Source of the DNA: Octopus vulgaris
Lineage: Eukaryota
Reading direction: 5' to 3'
DNA length: 64,000 nucleotides
Assembly (NCBI GenBank): GCA_951406725.2
Contig: OX597816.1
Span: forward strand, 135,656,001 to 135,720,000
A program made the position numbers and the translations under genes. The notes beneath the pieces were generated by a model. That model made no database searches, was not told the origin of the DNA, and was given only the letters and a program-made list of their open reading frames with translations. Shown piece after piece: positions 39,166 to 52,758 of this stretch (positions within the stretch are counted from its first letter, which is position 1; each line of letters opens with the position of its first letter).

Positions 39166-39299
39166 ATATATATATACATATATATACATACATACATACA
39201 TATATATATATATATACATACATACATACATATATATACATACACCCCCCCACACATATATATATATATACACCTCATGTTTATTCTTTCATACATATA

Positions 39300-39900
39300 T
39301 CGGGTTGGGTTGTCAAATAAAATCATTTGTTTCTCTCCAACGTTATTTGAATTAACACATTTTTTTTTGTTTTTTGCAGCTCTATTCTTCTGCTACAACT
39401 CTTGTTGATTGTTTTTGAAATTTAAATAAATTTTACCTCTTTTCAGATATATGACAATGGAGCACCAAGTAGGAAAAAGAACAATCATTTTTGACACCTG
39501 CTTCTGTTTGCTTTCATTCAAGGTTTCAAAGTTGCTAAATCTACACGAGACATTTGTGCTGTGTATGGAGAAGGTGCTATGACACCAAACTGCATAATGG
39601 TCTTCATGCTTCAAGGAGATAAACTGGACATCATAGCAGCCGACCTATTTACTCCAATGAATATCAATTCTGCTAGTCCAATAGGAAATTGGCCAAGCTG
39701 ATGGGCTGCTTCCATGATTACAAACACTCGTCACCTTCACTCAATAGTTAAGGTCCAAAAACTTGATGCATGGCACCACAGATTCTGAATGAAAGACAAA
39801 CTCCAGAGCTTCTCTATGACTGGCATTTTGCTCACTTAACATTAGGCCACACATGGGCACAAATTTCTTATTGTTCACTAACTTCCTTTCCAGCTGATGA
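39300..39900 (+). mobile_element. Mariner transposase pseudogene (N-terminal part)
   Basis: MEHQV..NNHF*HLLLFAFIQGFKVAKSTRDICAVYGEGAM from ~39456, and KVQKLDAW (WVPH-motif region) ~39750. Confidence 0.75.
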
Positions 39901-41722
39901 CAGAGATAGAGAGAGAGAGATACTGGTAGATTCTCTCTCTCATGCATTTCTCCACATTTATCAACCTCTCATAGTAGCACTTCTGTGTTGCTTTCTTTTC
40001 AGTATCAGTGAGTGCAAGTGCACCATTATCACTCCATAAACATTTCCACAATCACATTTCAATTCTTTCCAGTAGACTTGTTATTCTGAAAACCTCACAC
40101 CTCTGATTCTCACATGTCAGAACATGTGTAGGCTTCTTTCTTTCCATTTCTCCCATTGTTAATTATACCCAATGCATAGCTTTCCTGGCTACATATTTCT
40201 CTGCAGCATTATCCACTATCATGTCACTGTCTGGGTGAGACCTTGCACCAAACACATATTTGGTTTGCAGCCTTTCAGTATGTTGTGCTTTAGAAATTTC
40301 TAGTTTTTCACTGTCATAAGTCTCAAACTCCTCTTACTTCTTGTCAATGCATCAAATAGTATTTCTCTGAACCTGATGTTTGTTCAGTGGCTCATTGAGC
40401 TTTTATATTTTCCTTCACCGAGCTACCTCTAGCCTCTGGTTTTATCAAGTTTTTATTCTAAAATCAATAACTTATTTTAAGTGGTACATTTTTTACCAGA
40501 AAAAGACTGATACCATTTTCTGGTAAAAATGGAGTGTATCTAGCATTTATGTTCACCTCATTGCTAAATAATTAGCTGGTTTCCTTCAATTGCTAACTGC
40601 TGCAAACGGTTACATCATTTGCATCACAAAATTCCAGAAGCCTTGATTTTTGGCAATGTTGATGTTGGCATGATTTGAGCTCAAAAGTGTAGACAGCTTG
40701 AATACCACATGGCGTTCTGTCTTTTTAACTGTTTGTTACTATGAGACATTTTGCAACCCCAACCTTTCCTAATCTTAAATGGTTGGGTGTAATATGAGGG
40801 AATATTGGTTGCTATATCTAGCAGATTGCACACCAGTGTGGAAGCCTTCCCTCATATGTTCAATGTAAACATAGTTGTCGTGCGGTCCCAGATCAGTCGT
40901 AAATGAAAAAACTGTGAAGAAAAGCACTTCAATCACAACAAATTTGTCATTCATATATTAGGAACTACAATGTTCAATATAGCCTTAATTTAAGAGTGTT
41001 GATTTATAAAATTTGGATACTATTATGAGTAAGTTGAATGACAACTGAACTGTTGTTTACCAAACCCTGACATGTCTGATGATATAAGTGTTTGCTATAA
41101 CTGCAATGTCTTTTTCATTATTTACGCAAATACAGCTTTCAGACAGAACTAAAACACATAGAAGTGTAAAATTATATCAAACCAAAACAAACTTTATATT
41201 TAGAACTGCATCTTGATTGGGAATGAGTTTTTTTCTTCAACTCATCATTTAATGTATTTTGCTTGGTGTACTTTAGCAAAACAGTCTCATTTTTATAATA
41301 GTGAACATCACTATAATTTAACATCTACTTTTCCATGCTTGCATGGATCAAATGGATTTTCTATAGTTGGATATCTTTACCTGCCACTAACCCTCGCCTG
41401 TTTCCAAGCAAAGTAATGTTTTCCTGATAGCCAAATGTTTACGATGGAAGACTAGGAATAAATAACTTCGCTTCCATAATGATGATGCTCATTAAAACCA
41501 TGACATGATGTCAAGACAAGGGTACATACATACATATGCATATACAGGGTTTATTTTCGTTTCTGTCCACTAAATCCAATCACAAAGTGAAAGACATTTA
41601 CCAAAGGTGCTATGTAGTGGGACTGAACCCAAAACCACATAGTCAGGGAGCAAGTTTGTTAACCACAGAGCCATGCAAAGCTATTTGCATATGGTCAAAA
41701 TAACTCAGTTGACAGAGTTTTA

Positions 41723-41943
41723 CCCTTTAAGCATTTAAAGCAGCCATATCTGGTCAAAATATTCAACCTGTTTTATGTTCAAAATGGCCGGATATGGCTT
41801 CTGAAACCAACCCTACAATATCATAGTGAAAATGAACAGTTACCTCACCAAAATCTCAAAGCTACAAGATAATGCATGATTATTTCAAAATAACGTGTAT
41901 AAATAAGCATTACTTTTGATGGAATAATGTGAATGCTAAAGGG
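41723..41943. mobile_element. piggyBac-type MITE
   Basis: TIRs CCCTTT(A)AGCATT / AATGCTAAAGGG followed by TTAA. Relatives at 55999-56872 and 59722-60353. Confidence 0.7.
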
Positions 41944-43529
41944 TTAAACTAGGGCTCCTTGGTTCAATATAAATTGAGTTGAGGGCTCAAGGAATACTTA
42001 GATGTTAATGAGATTCAGTTTTATTCTTGAAATTATTACCAATCCTCATGTCTTGAGTTTGACTTGGGAGGGTGATAGAAGCAGTTTTTCCAAACATGTA
42101 TTGAAATAGACATATAAACATCATTGTATTAAGACTTGGGGAGATAGATTGGCAAAATAGAGCATTGGACAAAATGCCTTGCAGTATTTCTTTAAGCTCT
42201 TTGTATTCTAGGTTCAAATCTCACGAAAGTCAACTTTCCCTTTCATCCCTCAAGTAACGGGGTGCAGATACTACTCAAATAATAAAGGTTTGATAGTATC
42301 AGTAATCACTATCCCACAATTTCCAGGCCTTGTGCCTTTCCTAGAATATTACATTAAGACTCACTCCTCGTCGAAGGAATACATACTTTGAAGATAAGAA
42401 GGTTTCATTTCATAGACTAGATATATGGTAATCAATTATGTCAAACGGAAGTGTCTCAATTTAACAGAATTTGTGATTATGCAACGAAGTCACTCAATTC
42501 AGAATTTACAGAATGTAGTACCTGTAGTGTCAAATGGGAAAAATTAACCATCTGATTCCTAGATCATAATACCTGAATCATCATCATCTTAAATGCTTGC
42601 ATGAAATTTGTTTTATGGCCAGATACCCATCCTGCCATCAACCCTCACTTGTTTCCAAGTTACAGTAATATTTCTCTATGACCAGACACACTCTCCTGAA
42701 GCCTGGAAGTGGGGGTCATAGGATTGCAATTCATTTCCAATTTGTCCTCTTATCATCAACAAAAAAATCTAAGACCAGAACACTATTTAGAATAAAGAGT
42801 AAAGTGAGTTGACAGCTTATAGCTGGCTGCTGGTCATAAATTTCATACTGTCACAAGTAACCCTCGACCCACAAAAAACCCCCACAAAAACTTTAGAAAG
42901 AATCAATTAGATAGGGAAGTGCAGGAGGAGAGTGGGAGATAGCAGGATAGAGATGGTGGCAAAATACTGGACATACTCACAAGGAACGGGGATGAGAGTA
43001 TAAATGGGATGGTTGAGTAAAGGAAGAGAAAGATATAGACAGTGGCAAGTGCCAGGGCATACCCTTGAAGTTCAAATGCCATAATATAAGTGGCAGGATA
43101 TTGCGAAGGGAGTGTAATTAAAGAGTGCGAGTAAGTAGTAAAAGATCTGGGTATATACAGAGTTGGGGGGGGGTAGCAGATAGCAATGATATAGAGGAAC
43201 AGGGGTGTGAGGACATGATTGTGGAGTGTATGAAGGAGGAAATGTGAGAAAGAGGGGAGATGTGGAGGTGTAGATTGGTTTGTTGGAGTAGGGCAAGGGA
43301 AAAGTTGTCTTGTTATGTGTGGGTGGAACACCCAGGTCAGGAGCTAGCAGATAGCAATAATAGAGTGAGACAGGGCATGTGGGTAGAAGGCACAGGGATT
43401 GGGAAGTAATCATAATACATAAAGTGGAAATGCGAGGAAGAAAAGAGATGTAGAGACGTAGTTTGGTTTGTTGTGGTAGATTGTGTGAGAAATTTTCTTA
43501 AGTGTGGGTGGCACACACAGTGCTTCTAG

Positions 43530-45395
43530 AACTCAAGTTTCGCTGATATGGGCGGGTCTTTTCAAAAACTTCATATTGCCAGACATCTCAGTCCATTGTC
43601 ATTTCCTCTGTGAGGCCCAACTTCCTGGGATTGGTCCTTACCACTTCATCCCATGTCTTCCTGGGTTTCCCTCTTCCACGAGTACTATCCACTTTCAGTG
43701 ATCATGCAGCTGTTCTCATTCATATGCATTACATGTCCAAACCAGCAGTCTTCTCTCTAGCATGCTACATTTGATTCCTCTTATGCCCAACTTTTCTCTC
43801 AATACATTTGCACTTTGCTGTCCATGTGCACTGATGTTGCACATCCAACGGAACATACTACCTTTGTTTCTCTCCAGTCTACGCATGTCTTCTGCATTCA
43901 GAGCCCATGTCTCACTACCATGGAGTATAGCCGTTCATACACAAGCATCATATAGGCTATCATTTCTACCTTTCACTCTGAGAGAGTCCTTTTGTTGCCA
44001 ACAGAGGTAATAGCCCTCTGAACTTCCTCCACCCAATTCTTATTCAAGAAACAATACTTTCAGAGCATCCTCCACCATTGCTAATTTGGTCACCTAGGTA
44101 ACAAAAACTATTTACAACCTCAAGAGAGCCTCCTGGGCATTTGAGAGAATCTAATTCCCATGTGCTCTTAGTGCTTATTGTTCCTGCACATATATAAAGA
44201 CTACTTCATCTGTTAATCTACCTGTGATTCCACTGCACCCTTTATCTTCTTTCTTACTAACTTTTGTCTTAGCAAGGTTAATTTTAAGGCTCTTTGATTC
44301 CAGGTCTTGTTCCCATACCTGGAATTTCTTCTCCAATTCTGCAATAAGAGCAAGGTCATCAACATATAGCAGTTCCCACAGGTACCCAGTTTTGAATTCC
44401 CCTGTTATGGTCTGAAGGACTATAAGAGTGGGCTGAGAACCAGGCTCTGATGAACCCCTACCTGAATGCTAAATTCATCACTGTATTCATGGCTGACTCT
44501 CACCTTTCTGACAGCATCACTGTACATGGCTTGGACAGCTCCAACTAGCCACTCCCCTACTCTTAACTTCCTTAGAGACTACCATATAACAGCGGAGAAC
44601 TCTGTTGAAAGCTTCTCCAGGTCAACAAAGGCTTAGAACAATGCCTTCTTACTTTTGGCCATGTATTTCTCCAGCAGCTGTCTCACTAGGGAGACAGCAT
44701 CTGTGGTACTCTTCCCAGGTACAAAACTAAACTGCATCTCATCTAGTTTAATTCTATTTCTAATCAATTGAGCTATAACCTTCTCAGAAATTTTCATGAT
44801 TTGGTCTAGTAGTTTAATACCTCTGTAGTTATTTCTATCTAAGGCATCACCTTTACCCTTGTAGCAGTTAACTCTAAAGCTACTACACCAGTCATTGGGG
44901 ATGGTTCCTTCCTGAATAACCTGATTAACTATATGGTTGACTAAGCTCTATCCTACACTACTGGAAATTTTAATAATCTTGACAGTGATTCCTGGTGGCC
45001 CAGGGGCTTTCCCTGTCTTCATGTCCTTAATTGCTTTATCTAATATACTACCATCAACTCTAATGGCTGGTTTGATATTTGGTAAATTCTCCTTCTCCCA
45101 TTCATTTTCCATGTTTAGTAACCTTTTATAGTGACACTTCTGTGCATCTTTCTGCTCTGAGTCACTAAGTGCAAGCATACCATTATCCATCTGCACACAT
45201 TCCACATCTCTATTTTCTTTGATACACTACTTTGCAATCCCAAACACCTTATGGCACTGATCCTCATGTTGTAGGACATTTGCAAATCTCTTACCTTCAG
45301 CTAGTGCTTTTGCTATGTTTACCTGATGCCAAGCTGCCCTTTTGGCTACCTGATATAATTCTCTGCTTTCATTTTCCAGGCCTGTCTTTTTGCAT
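43530..45395 (-). mobile_element. Older RTE LINE copy, same family as 29337-32190
   Basis: KDMKTGKAPGPPGIT (ORF 44948-45205) and colinear decayed RT. Confidence 0.85.
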
Positions 45396-45465
45396 TTATA
45401 ACACTACGCATATATATATATATATTCATACATACACATATATATATATATATATCCATACACAC

Positions 45466-45993
45466 AGAGTTGTCCTCCAGGCGGGGCCACGGGTTCTGAG
45501 GCTCATGGCTCTCAACATGAGTGGCCTTTGCCTCACCCACAGCTGTTGCGTACTCCTCAACAGGCCCTTCCTCCTCAGGCCAAACAAAAACGTTTTCATC
45601 TTTCATAACGATAAGCAATAACTTGATAAACGAATAACATACACTGCTGTCACTGACACTGTAAGACTGTCTGTAATGTGACATCATCATAAGTGAACAC
45701 AACTCAAAACTACAGAAGTACACAATGCTGCTCAGCTAGCTACTGCTGCATTGACCAATCACATCTTGTCATGTGTGCACGTTGTCAACCAATAGCATGC
45801 CTGATGGACTCTTTGAGACACGCCCGCAACAGACAGGAACAAATGTATGAATTTCGTTAGTGGATTTAAAGTTAGTGGAAGCTAATTGGTTGCTAACAGT
45901 TTCCAAAGTTAGCGAAAATGCTAATCCACTAAGCAGAAAGTTAGCTTCACTAATTAGCTTGTTAGCAGATTAGTGGGACTGAGCCCATCACTA
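45466..45993 (-). mobile_element. hAT transposon 5' half
   Basis: Terminus TAGTGATGGGCTCAG (minus, 45993) with GCTAA subterminal repeats. Start of a transposase-like ORF ending ..EPQNPWPRLED. Confidence 0.55.
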
Positions 45994-46529
45994 TATATAT
46001 ATATGTGTGTGTATGTCCATGCTAGCATAGAACACAGACGTTAAATGATGATGATGATATGAGTGTTTGTGTAGATACACAAATTTATTAATTATTTTCT
46101 TCTTAATGCAATAAAATGTATAATAACTAACTGAAATAAATGTCATAATATATATATATATTCCACTCATAATTAAATCTGTACAGCCAAAACTGCAGTC
46201 TATAATGAAATAACAAATGAATGAAACTGAGTTCTGAACTCATCAAATTCCAACCATCTAGGTTATTCATCCTCACCCAACGCATCACCTATCAAGGTAG
46301 TGTCACTATTTTCAAAAGTTTAATAACAAGACTAAATTATAAGCAATATTTCCATGAATTTAGAACAGGCTAGTAACAAATGTTGGACTACAATTTGAGT
46401 GATTTCTATAAACAAAATATGGTTATAAGATACTGCAATCAAATATCCTGCCTCCTTCCTACCCATGAAAAATTATACAAACCATTGCAACTTACATAGA
46501 GATGTGGATGAGAGTATAGTTTTTTTTTG

Positions 46530-47374
46530 TTTTTAAGTAGGCCTCGATCATACTCCGTGTCAGTTTAAATTCCCAATTCCTCCGTCTGCACAGGCTCTGT
46601 AGTGACGACCATGACTTTGAAACTCAGTCTCAACTCGTTGTTCACCACCTCATTCTATGTGGATATCCCCTCACCACTATCCACACCACCCTTGCCAGAG
46701 CATTTTCCATGGACCTTGCATCTGCTCTCTTCGCCCGAACCTGCCCCGCCGTCTCTTGCCTCCCATTTCCCCTTACCATTCTCCGAGCCTTTTGGCGACT
46801 CCAGTCTGATCCCTCCACTTCGTACATCTTCCCTAACTGACCCTTCCCCTCCTTCAAACAAGCCCACAACCTGAGACCTTCCATAACTGGCTCGTTCTCC
46901 TGCTCCCACACTTGCCCTTACCTCTCCAACACCACCTTCCTCACTGGCACCCATCATTGACCCTATCACATCACCAACTCCTTCACCTGCACTTCTACCA
47001 ATATCATCTACTGCATCTCCTGCTCTCCCCTATACATCAGGGATGCCGCTTGGCTGACCAGTTCGCGGAACACCTCTGAGACATCTGACTTGGCAATGAC
47101 ATCCTGGTCTCATGCCATTTCCGCTCTACTGGTCACTCATCGCAACACCTGTCCGTGTTCGGATTGTCCTTGCACAGGGGCCATCTAGACTCCTGTTTGC
47201 GCTGTGAACAGGAATTAATCTTCTCTTCACGCCACATTCCTCCCACCCATCTCTCCTGCGCTGACTCCTATCCTCTCTTCTATTCACTCCTACCCACTTT
47301 CTCCTTCATCGTCACCCCTCCCATGTTGGGGTTTGTTGTCTACACCAGTCTTTGTCTCGTTTTTTTGTGAATTC

Positions 47375-47377
<3 letters not shown>
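46530..47377 (+). mobile_element. Penelope-like element 3' part (GIY-YIG endonuclease), pseudogenised
   Basis: HITNSFTCTSTNIIYCISCS..YI....RLADQFAEHL*DI...VSCHF....HS..LSVFGL.....RCEQELIFS (46965-47230). Ends at (TA)n. Confidence 0.75.
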
Positions 47378-47412
<35 letters not shown>

Positions 47413-47469
47413 CATGTTTTTAACTTTACAACATATGTCTCTTTACAATTTAACTTTTTTTAATTGTTC

Positions 47470-48784
47470 CCTGGGTGGCGACCACTGACGACTGCTGGCT
47501 GGGGCACAACAGGTCCTACCTGGGGATGACAGCACACAGGTTGGACACAAAACAACATGCTATCCTGGTCTGCTCTCAGCTCAAGAGGACATCACACCTT
47601 TGATGTTTTTTGCCCAGGCCGTGGTGGATACCCATTACAAGTTCCATCTGCAAGACCACAACAGCAATGGCAAAAGTTTTGTGAAGGTATTTATGCAGTT
47701 TGGTACAAAAGCTGAATTCTTGTCAGAAATTCCTGAGGCTGATGCTGATTTGGATGTGGACTTGGATCCTGAGGTTGGAGATGTGGACAAAGTTGAGTAC
47801 ATCTTCACTTATTCTGATGTCAGCTTCCCGAGTACGCCCAGGTGATGTCTAATGTTGCCAAGGCCTTGGATAAAATCCAGGGGAGGACCAAGCCTATCTC
47901 AGGAGCATTCTGCAAACTGTAGTGGCTACCTTCATGAGGTTGAAGGAGGCCAAGTTTAAATATCTCCTGTACTGCAGTTCTCTTGTAGACACAATACTGG
48001 GAGGCATCACAAAAAGGTTTGGGTTCCTCCTAGAAAACCCAGTGTGCCAGTTGACTGCTGCCTTCTCCCCATTTTGGCTGGATCAGTATAACAGCTAGGT
48101 CAGCAGAGTAACAAACATCATAGAGACAGCTCTAATGGAGACCAATGAGGGCAGCAGCACCACCAGCAATGTGAATGAGGAAGATTTCTTCAGCAACATC
48201 GCTAGGTTCCATGAGAGCAGCAGCCACAGGTCACTGAAGTTCAAGGCACAGAACTTGGTAAAGACCTGGCTGGAGGCTGTCTCGAAGGAGGTTCTGACTG
48301 AAGTTGCCTTTTTTTGGGAGGGTGAGCAGGTCTTGATCAACCTGTTCAAGCATAACACCACCATCCCATCCAGTACTGCAGTTGAGCACCTATTCTCTAT
48401 AGGCAAAGATATTTTGAGAGTCAAGAGAGCTACCCTGTCAAAGGGTAACTTTGAGAGGCTGATGTTTATGAAGGGCAACCTGCATCATGTCAAGGCGATG
48501 GAGAAGGCCCAACCAGAGTATTATACCTTGATCATCATCTGATCTTGGCATGCTGTACCTTTTTGGAAAGCTCTATGTCTAAGCTACAACATGAAAATTT
48601 CAGCTCTCTAGGTTTGTTTTTAAGGGGGTTTAGAGCCCAAAACCAAACCGAAACTAAATTCATATGATAAAAGTAAGCGGTTATTAACTTCTGCTAAATT
48701 TTTTTACCTGTTTAGTATTTGTTTGCAATGCTAACTTTAGTGGATTAGCAAAACCAACTTTACTGTTAGCTGTGCCCACCACTG
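47470..48784 (+). mobile_element. hAT transposon 3' half with dimerisation domain
   Basis: ORF 48135-48542 HNTTIPSSTAVEHLFSIGKDILRVKRATLSKGNFERLMFMKGN. Right TIR GTGCCCACCACTG ends at 48784. Confidence 0.85.
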
Positions 48785-51700
48785 TATATATATATATGTG
48801 TGTGTGTGTGTATGTGTGTGTGTATATATACACACCCACACAACAGGCTTCTTTCAGTTTCTGTAAATCCATTTACAAAGCTTTTGCCAGCCTGAGGATA
48901 TAGAGGACACTTGCTCAAATTATCATGTAATGAGACTGATACCCAGACCCATGTGGCCAAGAAGCAAACTTACCACACAGCCATGTCACTTAATATTTTA
49001 TATGTGAAACAAAGAATAAATTATGCTCTACAATCTATGGTATTTGAAACTACAATTTTTCAAACACTTTTAGAAGAGAAATTTTGAAAACTAATGTTCT
49101 AATACATATATTGTCTATACAGCATCACTTAAGATTAGGAGGAAAGCTCTGTACTCCATTATAACTATCAGCCTCTTATTTTTTTTTCTTGAATCCTCCT
49201 TGATTTACCTCCTAGAGACCTCAGATCCATAAATTTTTCTTCATGCATTATTCTGGAGCAATTTAGGAATTATAAGCAAATTTTGGACATCTGTTGAGAA
49301 ATTACTTAAAGATGCTAACAATTCAGAATTAAAGGTCTATAATCTTGGTTCTTTTATCCAAGGAGGTTATCATGATTCTAACTTTAATTTATGAAAGTAA
49401 GAGTAGAGAGGGGGCAAATGTTTTGAATAAATATGTATATAACACAGAATTATTGTAATTCAATGAAGACATTCTCTAAATATTAATTTGTCGATATACA
49501 AAGTGTTTTCAAACAGAACTTTATTCTTTGAAGCTTTGCAACATTTAGGTATCTTACAGCATCATCAACAATATAGGGAACAGGTTAACACAGTTATATT
49601 TACCAATATACAATTTGTGTTGACAGCTAAAATTTTATTGTTACTTGTGGGAAGTTTCTGATAAAATTGGTCAAAAGAAGTTAAAAATTAAGATGTGATG
49701 TTTTTTTTTTTTGTTTTTTTTACAGTATAGTTGGAGGTTTCTGATAAAATTGGTTTGAAAGAAGTTTAAAATGTGATTAGTTCACTTCCTTAGATCAACT
49801 CTGCGTGAAAGGTTTAGTTAGTATGCTGTACTTGCTAAAAGAGGTCAATTAGGTTTATGAAAAAGCAAATATTTTCTTTTGACAGACGTCAAGTCAAACT
49901 ATTAAATACATACTTCACATAATTTTTCAAGAACAAAAATACTGGAAACATTTTAATCTAGTTTAAGTATCAGAATATTGGTTACTATACATCATAGAAA
50001 TACAATTTATATAAATGCCGTAAGATATATTAAAAAAATATATAGGGCATAGAGTATATAATATTTTATTACATCATACACATAAAACTGTTTGTTACAT
50101 GTGTGCACTATACATACATACAAACCTATTCAACAATTACATGAATATATACATACATGCACTATACATACACACAAATGTTTATATACACATAAGTGCT
50201 TAATATTTTTATACACACACAGGAGCATGTGTGTGTGTGTGTGTGTGTATATATACATATATGACTGTATATAATATATATTATAGATATACACAAAATG
50301 TATGTACATAAATGCATGCAATCAAGAACTTCAAACTGCACCGAACTCACTTGGTCTCGGAGGGCCATGCAAAGGCCATAGGTACAGCTCATTCTTCCAC
50401 ATCAGACCAATAAAGAAAATAGATACACACCCACACTATATATATACAAATGTGTATTATATGTATACACCTGTATAAAATGTTATATATACTCTCACAC
50501 ATATATGCACACACAAAAATTGTCTATATTTATATATATATATATATACACACACATTCAGAATGTTTGTGTAGCCATACGTAATATATGCACATACGAT
50601 TATATTTCTAAAATTATGCTCATGTAATACTGTTACAAGGTAAGTTGACAATTACTTTTCATCTCCCTTTAGCTAAATATCCTTTCGAACCAGATACACA
50701 TACTCGCCGAACAAATATAACCCCACACCCCTATATATGTAATGCGTGTGTGTGTGAAAGAGAAGATTGATATTGAAACAATATTAATACAATGTTAACA
50801 CCATGAATAAACAATCATAACAAAACAAAAAATACTTGATTTCCATAACATGTAACATTTATACATTGGGGCGTAGCTGGCGCACCTGTACATACCTGTT
50901 GCATTAGCAGGTGGATATCTTTCTTCGTAAATGGCCGAAATCCTGTTCAAGCTGACGACCAATACGTGAATAAACAATACAGGCATACATATACATATAT
51001 ATTATATATATATATACATATATGATATTCGCGATAGCCAGTTGATGTCTGGATTCAGTACTGTTCATGCGCCCATTTATTTTACTAAAATATACAAATA
51101 CTAAAAGAAAAAAAAAATTCAAACACACATTATGTAATTTACTAAATGATTCCCCAAACCAGAAGACAACTGCGCTTGTTTCATAGTCGCAGACTGGGAT
51201 TTTAATGTCAATATGAGGTTGAATGTGAGAGCAAAAACAATTAGTCACGTCCAACAACGCAAGTTAAACATAAAATCATTTTTATACAATATTAAAAATA
51301 TCAGGAAACAATAACATTAAACAACAGGAAGATTTGTTGTTGGTTTTTTTTTGTCTTTTAATAATATCCTTAACTACTATAGTATTTGTGTATGTCAGTT
51401 TTAGTGTCACGGTGTGAGTGTGAATGAAGTAGGCTTGTGTACATAAAATATAAACATTAAAATACGAAACAGAATTATAAAACGATTAAAATAAAGAGAA
51501 AGGAAAATTTAATCAAGATTTTTGTCACCTACAATTTACATTTCACTTCAAGCTGAAGATTGTTCAGGGTATCACAAAAAATATCTATGAAATGATGCAA
51601 GTAGAAGGATATAAATAAAACATTACACAGAAAAATCAGGTTATACATTAAATGGAGCAGGTTAACACTTTTTTTTCCTTAAAAGGGACAATTTTTTTTT

Positions 51701-52758
51701 AAAGGGGAGAATGAGTCAAAGAAAGAAAGAAAAAGTGAAAGAGCGAAAGTTCAAAACATTCAGCTGGTGCCACCCAACTCCCGCAGTAGGCACCAAAACT
51801 ATTTTAGAACGAAGCAACTTTGATCATATCTAGCTTCTTATTTATATCATTCCACAGACGACTCAGCCTTCTGCTCAAACGAATTATATATATATTTATA
51901 TATATATATATAATCCGTTTGATGCGTATAAAAATTCAACGGTTAAGCCTACACCATCTTAAAAATTATTGCGATCCATCTTCAGTGTGTATATGTACAT
52001 ATGCATTATATATATATACATATATGTATATGAGATGTACGTATACTATTGAAGTTTATTAAATCAGTTTCATCCCTCGCCAGCTTATTACACTCATTGA
52101 ATAATACAATTTACCTTAACAAAAGCATCAAACGAACAAGTAGAAACCCTTAAAATTTATTTCAGTTTGGTTTTCTGCATGAAGGATAAAATCATCTCTT
52201 ATTCTCTAAAATAATATTTCCATTTTATACCTGTAGGAATGATTGCTCAATTAAAATTCCAGCAACCAATTGATTCAAGTCTCAAAGACAGTTTTGGTTT
52301 GATGCTGATACTGGTATCCACAAAAGCATGTTTCACCGATTTTATTATTGTTATAACAAACAATGTGAGTGATCACATCAACTCCTTTGACCATCAAAGC
52401 ACTTATACTGTCTGGTTAAAAATATTTATCAGAGGATGAGTGGGTGGGAGAGAAAGTAAGAATGTATGCGTACATGTAAAAAGAAACAGACGGATAAGAA
52501 GATGGTATTTGTATTTAACCAAGTTAATTCTGTTAGGACTTTTTTCTTTTTATATCCAAAATACATTCCTCCCGATTTGTAATTGATATTTACAAGGAAT
52601 TTTCAACCAGTCTTTGGTTAAATTTTTACAATGGATTAAGCAAGTTTATATTCCAATGTCTTACGTATGACACACGAGACTGGTATTAAAAACAAAGTTG
52701 GTGCTTTTTTTTTAAAAATCAAGACCTCGCTCGGAGCTTTCTCAAAAATAGGCTTTTT

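Noticed and set aside
42890-43500. Purine-rich stretch with ORFs 42903-43331 and 43072-43413, possibly a very old Penelope RT fragment
   Set aside because: The motifs are too decayed to support a call.
49700-49722. T-run as the retrogene poly(A) remnant
   Set aside because: T-runs are common in this window and no flanking TSD pair was found.
50345-50400. GC-richer patch with a minus-strand donor-like CAA|GTGAGT downstream of CK1-alpha
   Set aside because: No convincing acceptor or coding frame. It cannot be distinguished from 3'UTR sequence.
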